15,173 nucleotides of DNA from Vitrella brassicaformis CCMP3155. Its lineage: Eukaryota; Protista; Chromerida. The stretch covers positions 1-15,173 of the forward strand of contig CDMY01000855.1 in NCBI GenBank assembly GCA_001179505.1. Reading direction: 5' to 3'. The position numbers and the translations under genes are program-made. Below, in pieces: positions 1 to 9,285 of the stretch (positions are counted from its first letter, which is position 1; every line of letters begins with the position of its first letter). The notes beneath the pieces were generated by a model that did not search any database, was not told the DNA's origin, and worked only from the letters and a program-made list of their open reading frames with translations.

Positions 1-2650
1 ACCGCCCCTCCCTCTCACGGTCCCGCCCAGAGTTCTACTGGCTGCCCTCAAGACGACGCCGCGAGGTTCCGCAGCCGGCCCCACGGGATGGCGGTATGAG
101 CATCTTCGTGCCTGCATGGGAGAGGGTGACGCCTCGGCAGAAGACGAGACCGTCCCCCTGCCCTCCCTTGTCAGCCGGATGCTCGCTGGTAACATGCCGG
201 ACAGCTGCACTACAACTCTTTCGGCCGCCCGCCTTTTCGCTCTGATGAAAGACAACGGTGGTGTCCGGCCGATTGCTGTGGGTGATGTGCTTTGGAGATG
301 GGTGACGAAGGCAGTTTGTATGGAGAACAAGTTGGCCTTTGAGGAGGACTTCTCGCCTCTACAGTTTGCGGTTGGTACGTCGGCAGGCGGAGAAAAGATT
401 TTCCGGGCCTATCAGACCTACATGGAGACACGCCGCGATGACTCCGATAAATGGGTTTTGGTGACTTTGGACTGCAAGAACGCCTTCAACAGCATCGACC
501 GTCAGGATCCTTGAACTCGGCACAAAGTGGCCGTCCTTTGTCGATTTCTTCTGGCAGTTCTACGGCACCCCGGCTGAACTATGGTATCGCATGAAGGACG
601 GAGGCACAGAGACCATCCTCAGTCAGGAGGGCACTCAACAAGGCGACACGGCGGGCCCTTTACTCTTCTGCCTGGGCCTCCACCCCGCTCTCGTCAAACT
701 GCAAGAGGAGTTCCCCGACGACTTCGTTAGTGCGTTTATGGACGACATCGATAGTGGATTGGACGAGACACGTGTGACGGGGTATGTGGACAGGGCTGAG
801 CAGCTTCTGTCCGAGAAGAAGTTGAGGCTGCGGAGAGACAAGAGTGCTGCATGGAGCTGCTGCTGGCAACAAGACTCCGACATCCCGGCGGACATTGCCG
901 CTTCCGGCGTTGAGTGCTCCACTGAAGGCATCACTGTCCTCGGCTGCCCGCTTGGCGGCAACTCTTTCATCCAGCACAGCCTCGATAAGATCACCACCAG
1001 CCACCAGCCGCTGCTCGAGGCAATCGTGACTTTTGCCCAGAAGGGACTGCAGGGCTTGGGCCTTCTTCTCCGCTATTGTGCATCCCCTCGGCTGAACTAT
1101 TGGCTGCGCCTCCTTCCTCCAAAACCCGGCGTCTCCCTGGCAGCCGCCGAGCGACATGACGCCGCCATTATCATGGCATTCAGGCGCATGTTCCGCTTTC
1201 CCGGCGACTTCCCCGACTCGGTTTCCGCACAGGTGCAGCTGCCCATTCGATTGGGAGGATTTGGCCTTGTTTCTGCATCCACGATTGCCCGTGCAGCTTT
1301 TCTGGGCTCGATCGGTGTGACGGCATCTGACGTCTCTAGCCGGTTCCGAGGAGCACCATGGATGCCTCAAGGTGGGCCTGCTGCTCTTCTGTATCTACCC
1401 TGGCTTCAAGCTGCAGTCCCCGCCCTCGCTGCCATCTCTGAGATGGTCGCACCCTCCTTTTCCCTCCCCTCCCTTGAGGACCTTGTCTCGAGGCCGCAGG
1501 TCCGACTGCAGCAGCGCCTGACCGATCAGCTGCACAAGTTCCGCTTCAACGAGCTCTTCAACTCCCTCCCGCCCGACGGCAGAGCCCGCGCCCGTCTCTT
1601 GAGCTGCCAAGGGCCTCTCTCGTCCGGTCGGTTGTCTGCAATCCCTTCCAGTGACACCAAGGTGCTGAACAACTTCCAGTATCGTCATGCTGTCGCCGGA
1701 TGTCTCGGCATTGCCCTCCCACACGCAACAGTCTCGCAGCGATGCATCTGCGGTGGGGAGGTTGACAAGTTTGGCGGTCACTACTACGTCTGCCACACCG
1801 GCCGTGAGCGGGTCACGAGACACAACAATATGCGCAACTTGTTTATTCGCATCTTTGCTGAGGCAGATGTGCCCTCCAATATGAAGGTACCTCTGCACAG
1901 CCTCGGCATCACCCCGCCCGACGACAACCCCAACAGCCAGCGGATAGACATCTACTGTGTGATCGACGGCAGTGATTACTTGCTCGATGTCACCATCGCC
2001 CACCCATGCCGCCCTGACGATTCGCCCATCCCCTTTCACAGGACACTCAATCGGCGCAGCGCACAACTTCCAGGTGGCAAGACAGCTCAGCTTGCGGAGA
2101 AAGACAAGATCGACAAGTATGGTCCAAGCGCCTAAGCAGCTGGCTTCTGCTTTGTGCCTCTCGCCGCGGAGACATTCGGCAGATGGGGAGAGAAAACGAT
2201 GGACTTTCTCAAGATGCTCGCCAAACGAAAGCCCCGCCCTACCTCCATCCCCACCGATGAGAACGCAGCTTTCCGAGAGAGCGTCATCAACCATTGGAGC
2301 CAGCTCCTGTCCGTCGAGCTGATGAAGCACAACGCGTTTCAAGTGGCGAGTCGTGCACAACGCGCTGCAGCTGCCAGAGGGCCACAGAGGGCCAGCGCGT
2401 TTCCTGAATACTTCATCAGCCGCGGGCCGTATAGGCCACACACCAACCCCGCTTCGGGGCTGTGAGGTGGCTGGCTGGTTCTGGATGTGGTGTGTATGTG
2501 CGTGTTTCTGTATGTCTATTGTGGTGCATGCCTCGCGCTTGTTTGCAGTGTGCGACATGCATTTGTTTGCAGTCAATGAGCGTTGTTCATTGGGTTGTGT
2601 CCCCCTTTGTTTGTTTGATACGAATTGATGCTTAGACGAACTTCGTCGCC
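1..2650 (+). mobile_element. Non-LTR retrotransposon copy 1 (RT + CCHC + restriction-like endonuclease; CRE/SLACS-like organisation); 5' end lies outside the window
   Basis: Frame open from base 2 gives RGSAAGPTGWRYEHLR (RT domain 0), VRPIAVGDVLWR, VTLDCKNAFNSIDR, GTQQGDTAGPLLFCL and SAFMDD. These are followed by CICGGEVDKFGGHYYVC (CCHC), RHNNMRNLF and RIDI...YLLDVTIAHP...AEKDKIDKY (RLE). The 3' UTR (2466-2650) is shared with copy 3. Confidence 0.93.
2..2465 (+). pseudogene. Disrupted RT-RLE polyprotein ORF of retrotransposon copy 1
   Basis: Frameshift at about 505-507 (SIDRQ / ILELGTKW...). In-frame TAA at 2133-2135 where copy 3 has CAA (Gln). The frame resumes AAGFCFVPLAAETFGRWGEK and ends at TGA 2463-2465. 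Confidence 0.9.
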
Positions 2651-2744
2651 CGTTATATGTCTTCACTTAATAGAGCATTTAAGGTATTAGAACGTTTGAG
2701 AAGGTAAATGCATGAAATGGCGACGAAGTTCGTCCAAGCCTCAA
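2625..2744. repeat. 26-bp inverted repeat pair formed by the 3' termini of copies 1 and 2, around a 68-bp AT-rich spacer
   Basis: 2625-2650 TTGATGCTTAGACGAACTTCGTCGCC versus reverse complement of 2719-2744 TTGAGGCTTGGACGAACTTCGTCGCC (24/26 identical). Spacer 2651-2718 is 47/68 A+T. Confidence 0.95.
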
Positions 2745-3960
2745 AGCCAATCAGCCAAAGACAAACTTCCAAACCACACAGTCGATACGAACGAAGCGAA
2801 AACGCACAAATGCAATCGAAGACAAAGGCACACAGGCACACACAAACAGTCCAAGACAATAAATCAAATCGAGGCAAAACTCACAGACTGAACACAAACG
2901 GACGAGCCCGCTGACACACAGCATGTCCACAACACGCACACAGACAAGCACCAAACACACACATTGCTACGCAGGAGACACGCAGCAAAGGGAACACGGC
3001 AAGCATCAGACTGCCAGCTCACAGCCCCGAAGCGAACTCGGTGTGGGGCCTGCAAGGCCCGCGGCTGATGAAGTCTTCTGGAAAGGCGCTGGCTCTTCGG
3101 GGCCCTCTGGCGGCTGCTGCTCGCTGCGCGCGGCTGGACACCTGGAAAGCGTTGTGCTTCATCAGCTCGACCAACAAGAGCTGGCTCCAATGGTTGATGA
3201 TGCTCTCGCGAAAGACTCCGTCCTTAGTGGCGGGAATTGCGGCTGGACGGGGTCTCCGCTTGGAGAGCATCTTGAGGAAATCCAACATCTTCTCTCCCCA
3301 TCTGCCGAATGTCTCCGCTGCAAGGGGGACGAACCGAAAGCCGGCTGCGCGGGCGGGAGAGCCATATTTGTCGGTCTTGTCCTTCTCCGCGAGAGCCGCT
3401 GCCTTACCGCCAGGCAGCTGTACGCCGCGCCGGTTCACCGTTCGGTGAACGGAATGGGAGAGTCGTCGGGTTGGCAGGGATGGGTGATGGTGACATCGAG
3501 CAGATAGTCATAGCCGTCGATCACAGAGTAGATGTCCATGCGCTGGCTGTTGGGATTGTCGTCGGGTGGGGTGATGCCGAGGCTGTGCAGGGACACCTCA
3601 ATGTTGGAGGTGACATCTGCCTCCGCCAGGATGCGAACGAACAGGTTGCGCATGTTGTTGTGTCTCAAGTTCCGTTCACGTCCGGTGTTGCAGATGAAGT
3701 AGTGATCATCAAACTTGTCGACGTCACCGCCGCAGATGCATTTCTGCGAGACAGTTGCGTGCAGGAGGGCGATGCCGAGGCACTCAGCAACAGCGTGGCG
3801 ATACTGGAAGTTGTTCAGCGCCTTCTGCTCACTGGACGGGATGGCCGACAGCCACCCAGACGAGAGAGGCCCGCGGCAGCTCAGAAGGCGACTGCGGGCC
3901 CGACCATCAGGCGGGAGGGAGTCGAAGAGGTTGTTGAAGCGAGACTTGTCTAGCTGGTCG
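2719..3960 (-). mobile_element. Non-LTR retrotransposon copy 2, 5'-truncated, diverged subfamily
   Basis: Homology to copy 1 starts at DQLDKSRFNNLF (about 3960) and includes CICGGDVDKFDDHYFIC, RHN and the RLE motifs. A 1-nt deletion frameshift lies near 3446 and the stop is TGA at 3019-3021. About 80% amino-acid identity to copy 1 over the last 102 aa (manual count). The 3' UTR of about 300 nt differs except for the terminal motif. Confidence 0.92.
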
Positions 3961-4084
3961 CACGTTGGAGTCCGTGTACAGTCCGTGTGAGCGTCATTTG
4001 CTCGCTTTGCGGTCCTTGTGGACACAGACATTCAGCACTTTCTCCATGCATGAATCCATCCACACCCACCCCAATTACTCTCAG

Positions 4085-4921
4085 AATGATGCGGATCGTG
4101 ACGCCGATCAATCGGCAGCTGGACAACCTTGCAGACATCGAGATGCTCCCATTCTGCGCTGCAAACGGCAAGTGTCGCTGAGGAGAGAATGAGGCCATAC
4201 AAGGGCGGCACACAGAAGCTGGAAACGGGGGAAGGAAGAGCAGCAGGACAAATGTTCAGAGGGGCTATTCTGTTGAGGCCCCTCTCTTTCCTTTCGCCTG
4301 TCGATGCTCCTTTGCCTCAGATTCGTTCGTGGGTGTGGACATCGGACTTCTGTGAGGCCGTGAGGCCGCTCGCGCTACGCGTCAACTGCTTCCCCCTCAG
4401 GTATCTGGTCGATGGAAAAGTATATGGCGCTGTTGTTCGAGAAGTATATGGCACTGTTTGTTGCCAGTAGAATCGATGGGGAATGATGGCTATGGCCTTC
4501 TGGAGCTCGGTTTCCGTGATCTTGTGTCTGCAAACCCAGTGCGAGCTTCAAGTGATGTCGAGGCCCCCACGGCGCCCCCATGCTCCAACGCATGTGAAGC
4601 TCTCTCACGCCCTTTGGAGCTAGGTGGACTGGCAGTAGAATGTTGAATCTGTCTTGACGGCTGCTTCTCGTCGGTTTCGGTAGGTTTCTCGGAGAGGACG
4701 TACCGAAAACACCACCTCAGCGTCTGAAATCGCTTCGGCACTCGGGTGGGTTGTTTGCTCCTCCCTCAACCGCGTCCACCAGTTCATTCCACCCGGATGG
4801 AGGCTGGCAGTGCTACAGAGCAGGATTGCGGCGGATCCCCTGCATTTGGGGTCGTGAAGACCTCAAGTCTCGACCCCTTGACTGCACCCGGAGAGTATCA
4901 AGAACAGAATGAAGGCAACCC
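4085..4921 (+). pseudogene. Possible upstream exons of the membrane-protein gene (4085-4171, 4321-4351, 4401-4593, 4783 onward)
   Basis: GT-AG junctions are phase-compatible, but joining to MDVPRL at 4922 needs a 1-nt frameshift in the C run at 4919-4921. No recognisable homology. Confidence 0.3.
4418..4458 (+). repeat. 17-bp direct repeat, period 24
   Basis: AAGTATATGGC(G/A)CTGTT at 4418-4434 and 4442-4458. Confidence 0.85.
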
Positions 4922-7141
4922 ATGGACGTGCCAAGACTCAATCAGCTGGAGAGTGGTGAAGATGCAATAACGAAGGAACGATTGACGGTTCCCCAGGTGG
5001 AGGCAGACCATGCAGTTGGCTCCCCTGCTGCAGTTGGGCTCACGCAGATCTTGAGGCGAGAATTGAGCGAACAGCTCGTCGATCAACAACAGGACGAAGA
5101 TCCGCCTGCGAACGAGCGGAAGTTCAGCAGGCTGGACAGCCAAGTATCAAAAGATCAGTTCCTCGAGGAGTTGGACTATGTCCGTGAAGCAATCCTGACG
5201 AGAAAAGACATCTACACATACAGTAAGCACATTGAAGCTGGATGATTTTGCCTGAAATATCTCTCTTTCTGTGCAGTGGCTCTGGCGCCTTCCACACCAC
5301 ACGGCCCCACTTGCTGCTCATGGCTGATCAGCTGGCTATGCTTACTCCCACATGAGGGTTCGTTATCGAAGGAGGCCACGATGCGCGCCACTCAGCGTCC
5401 TATTCACCTCAATCTTCTCGTCAATGGACACCCGCTTCACTACTGGCTCATCTATAGGGCCATACTGTGTGTTCAGTGGATTGCGCCTCTCATTGTGTTC
5501 ACAGGTGAGCAAGCTATTGTACACGAGAAACGCCAATCTGTCTGTAAAGCCCCCTTTCTTTTCTCACAGGCCTTCTGCTTTCCATGATCGTCGAGGAACT
5601 TGACCCAGACAGAGAGACTATGTCTGGCCTGTTTTAGAGAAGTGTAGCGTATTTGGCACGCTTCCTCTCGGCCCTGCTCTTTTGGGTCAATTACAATCAT
5701 GGAATCATGGTAGTAAAAAGAGGGAAGAAGACGATTGTGGATCCTGACATTCATACAATGTGTCTGCCTTACAGGACCTACTGCAGCAAGCGTACTACAA
5801 TTACCTATGCGCACGGCGATTTCTGCATCCGATGCATCGATGGTTGAGGCCATTGGAGATCAATTTTGGTCCTGAATCCGAATGCATGCGTTTCATCCTC
5901 TCTCATGCCAAGTGGAGGCAATTCAAATATGGAATGAATCTCAACTGGAGTACAACAACAGTTGTGCTTTTCATTGTCTTACCGATGGTGCTTTGGCTCG
6001 AAAAGGACCCTGCACAAGCTCTCTTGAATTCCCATGCCTTCAACTTCCTCCTCATCCTTGTAAGCAAGAGACATCATGAAAGACCCGTTTCTGTAGATAC
6101 CACTTGCTGATCTACAGGACGATATTGGCGATCAGAAACTAGTTCAGCTCTTTGAGCGAGAGCACGTGACCTACTGCTTCAAGGAAGTCAGCAGTAAGCT
6201 CGATGCTATTCGCGAAAAATTCGAGGAAGCTTTCGATAAGATTGAGGCAAGCGAGAACGGGGCATTCGCTCGAAACTATGGCTCTACACGTGAAAGGTCA
6301 AGCCAAAAAATGCTTCAAACAGGAAAAACTCGTCTGTGCCTTTAGGCCTAAGGGAGATTCGAGTGCCTTGTTACAAGGGGTCACACTAGATGAGCACTAT
6401 ATTCTCGTCCACTTGACTGAAAGCCTCCGACAATCATACGCCTTCCGCAGAAAGATGTTCGTCGACCGATGGCTCTATCTCGGTAATAAGTCACAGCGCA
6501 AAATACATTTGCTCTCTCCATCTCGCATCTGTTCTCTCAGTGGAGGCTGTGTATAGTGTGACGCTACTTTTCCCACCCTGGATGTACCGCGGTTTTATCG
6601 CCCTAACCATCTGGTCAATCGGGTATGCACTCATGGCCAACCGCATTGAAAGTAAGCACACACGCGTATCATACACACACCAGCGTATCATGGAAGAGAT
6701 ATACTGTATGCCGCTTTGTGCTATCTAGGGTGGTTACAGATTGGGAAGTGGAAGGATCAGATTCGGAGAGGACTTTTCCTGCAGTCGCCGGAATCGATGA
6801 TCCTCAGGTGATGCAAGAGACAAATAGGAAGAGTTGACTTCCATCTTGAGTGCTACATTGTGTGCTGACTTGGGCTGTATGAGTTCGCTAACTAAATATT
6901 CTTCTTCCCTCCATTAAGTGCATTTCTTAGAAGACGCGTAAGTTGAGAGAGACAACCCTTTGGCATACTCACTCTCTCAAAACCCTTTGGCATACTCAAG
7001 AAAGTCGTGAGGGATGAGAACGCTTTTCCTCAGCTCGAGAAGCATCTTCCTCTTCTCGTGTTCTTTGCTTGGGCGACTGAAAGCCAGCTACGACAGCGCC
7101 TGGCAGTGCGCCCTGTCGTTGCGCTGGCCATGCTTACATAG
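4922..7141 (+). pseudogene. Spliced multi-pass membrane protein gene of unknown family, probably disabled; exons 4922-5222, 5277-5504, 5570-5709, 5775-6059, 6097-6296, 6346-6482, 6541-6651, 6729-6807, 6931-6937, 7034-7141
   Basis: All introns are GT-AG (37-123 nt) and phase-consistent. Several hydrophobic segments occur (WLIYRAILCVQWIAPLIVFTGLLLSMI, AYLARFLSALLFW, VVLFIVLPMVLWL, GFIALTIWSIGYALM). The in-frame TAG at 5635-5637 is either a nonsense mutation or the acceptor of a 48-nt intron (5590-5637). Confidence 0.65.
6954..6998 (+). repeat. 18-bp perfect direct repeat separated by 9 nt (intronic in my model)
   Basis: AACCCTTTGGCATACTCA at 6954-6971 and 6981-6998. Confidence 0.9.
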
Positions 7142-7828
7142 TCCAACTTCACGCGTGCATATGCAGGTGTGCACATAGTCCAAGTCCACGCGTGCATACG
7201 CAGGTGTGCGCACACAGACATTCATCAGGCACTCCCTTCATGCGCAGGTGTGCGCACCAAGACATTCATCAGATACACACACTCCAAGTCCACGCGTGCA
7301 TGCGCAGGTGTGCGCACCGAGACGTTTATGACATACACACACCCCAAGTATACGCGTGGATGCGCAGATGCGCGCACAGAGACATCATCAGATACACACA
7401 CTCCAAGCCACTCCAAGTCCACGCGTGCATGCGCAGGTATGCGCACAGAGCATACACACGCTCCAAGTCCGTCCGCACGTGTATGCGCAGGTGTGCGCAC
7501 AGAGACATTCATCAGGTACAGACACTCCCTTCTTGCGCAGGTGTGCGCACCGAGACGTTCATCAGATACACACATTCCAAGTCCACACGTGCATGCGCAG
7601 ATGCGCGCACAGAGACATTCATGACATACACACAGTCCAAGTTCACGCGTGTATGTGCAGGTGTGCGCACACAGACATTCATCACACTCCAAGTCCACGC
7701 GTGTATGTCCACGCGTTTATGTGCAGGTGTGCGCACACAGACATTCATCACAATTCAAGTTCACGCGTGTATGTGCAGGTGTGCACACCGAGACATTCAC
7801 CAGATACACACACTCCAAGTCCACACGT
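7136..7828 (+). repeat. Minisatellite, 60-bp consensus, about 12.5 units
   Basis: Consensus GACATTCATCAGATACACACACTCCAAGTCCACGCGTGCATGCGCAGGTGTGCGCACCGA. Twelve GCAG(G/A)T cores at 7163, 7200, 7244, 7304, 7364, 7433, 7487, 7537, 7597, 7657, 7723 and 7775 (spacing 37-69). Confidence 0.95.
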
Positions 7829-7836
7829 TCTGTTAG

Positions 7837-8231
7837 CGATGGCCGTATATATTTTGAGCTTTCTGTTTCCGCCCTGGATCTTACCGTGGTTACATCGCGC
7901 CCCTGCTCATCTTTCCCTTGTATTTCTTCCTGTACTTTCGTATTGGAAGTGAGTACATACGGCTAGTATGCACTTGCGAAAGAGATATGGCGTCTGCCGT
8001 TATGCCGTTCCGAGTGTTTGAGACGTGGGAAGTGGGGGAAGTAAAAGGACTTCTCTTGCGTTCTGCAAATCGAGGATCTTCGTGTCATAAGGGATACCTA
8101 GGAACAGCTGACTTTCATTTGAGCGCAGTGCGTGTTGGCTTGGGCTGTATGAAGACGCGTTGCCCCCTCAACGTGTTCAGCTTGTCAAACATATTGGCTG
8201 GGATTTGAGTGCGTTGAGCTGGACATGTTAG
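7837..8231 (+). pseudogene. Degenerate paralogous copy of exons 7-10 of the membrane-protein gene
   Basis: 7837-7948 reads AVYILSFLFPPWI/YRGYIA...FRIG versus AVYSVTLLFPPWMYRGFIA...NRIE (112 vs 111 nt, same phases, 1-nt insertion near 7881). Shared DNA blocks include GGGAAGTGG, AGGACTT..AATCGA.GATC.TC, intronic CTTGGGCTGTATGA and AGACGCGT. LVKHI at 8181 corresponds to LEKHL at 7034. Confidence 0.8.
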
Positions 8232-8742
8232 CTGTGTGGTGAATGCACCTACGTACCCCACTTGACGCTTTTCTCACAACGTCAGCAGAATGGAAAGGCG
8301 TAGCGACCTCTGCTCCACAGCTGGCCTGAGCCGGGTGGGACCGCGGAGACTCCCAGCGCCTGAGGCTGCATGGCCACCCCTGCAGCGAGACAGCCAGTCT
8401 CAACGATCGTCTCTCCGCCTGACCGCATATGTGAAGACACAGAAATGGGTTCATCGGCCGGAGCGACGGTTGAAAGCAGCGAAACAGAGGCAAGAGCATG
8501 CATACATGTACCTCTGCACATGTGCATTTGAATATGTGGATGTTTCGGTACAGGGGTGCACTTGTTTGATGCGACATTCCGTTGATCTTTCCTCAATAAT
8601 GTTTTCTTCTTGGATGGGTGTCTCCATTCTCACACAGACACCCACATGACATATCCCGTCACACGTCGCAAGCTCGCGTCCTCGCTCAACTCGTCTCTCC
8701 CTTGCCATTTGAATCCACCTCTCCTCACTATTTGAATCTTAC

Positions 8743-9183
8743 TGTCTTCTCCAACTGTGCGTGTGCCCCCATCGGACTTCCTGTGAGGTTTTCTGTGGGT
8801 GAATCGCCCGATGGTGAGTCGCCATCGGGCGCGGATGATGGACCAGGATGTCCACCCTTCTGGCTGACAGCGAGGCTCTCGTACGGCTCCAGGGGGACAT
8901 TGATGTCTCCGTATGGTTTTGCACGACTCCCACCGAGAGACGCATCGATGTCCGCAAACTGGTCCCTTCTGCGGTCTGGAATCCGTGTGCCGCTGCCGTA
9001 GCCCGGCCTTCGCTGCCGCTGCAGCTGGGCGCGCATGCTCGAGGGACTGATGGATGAACATGTAACAGAGGAGACAGGCGCAAGTACAGCAGAGGCTGGA
9101 TCCATCTAGTGTATACCTGAGAGCGAATGACATGCCCACAACGTTGGTCCAGAATCGTTCTCGCATGAAGATGTCCGCTGACG
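8743..9183 (-). other. Putative downstream exons (9183-9117, 9046-8743) extending the tubulin-like gene C-terminally
   Basis: GT-AG introns of 102 and 70 nt are phase-consistent. Product is SSADIFMRERFWTNVVGMSFALSPSSMRAQLQRQRRPG..., Ser/Pro/Gly-rich. Confidence 0.45.
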
Positions 9184-9285
9184 CTGCAGACATATGGTAG
9201 ACACACACCGCACACCATACACAGGGAGAGCTTGTGCCCTGGTGAGGCTGGAGAGGTGTTCGCTCATGCATCCATTCATTCGTAC

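Noticed and set aside
735-749. RT active site FMDD instead of YxDD
   Set aside because: Phe at this position is common in non-LTR RTs (e.g. FADD in R2-type elements) and both Asp residues are intact.
660-3953. Long antisense ORFs (660-1370, 1395-2666, 2923-3507, 3309-3953; also 13178-14053)
   Set aside because: They are shadow frames opposite GC-rich retroelement coding sequence with no independent motifs.
7136-7828. CRISPR-like periodic array
   Set aside because: The whole unit repeats with no unique spacers, there are no cas genes, and the context is eukaryotic.
7169-7966. Overlapping ORFs of 150-214 aa in several frames across the minisatellite
   Set aside because: A stop-poor 60-bp repeat is open in many frames on both strands, so there is no evidence of coding.
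8185-8708. Several short ORFs between the paralogue fragment and the tubulin extension
   Set aside because: No consistent splice chain or homology could be built.
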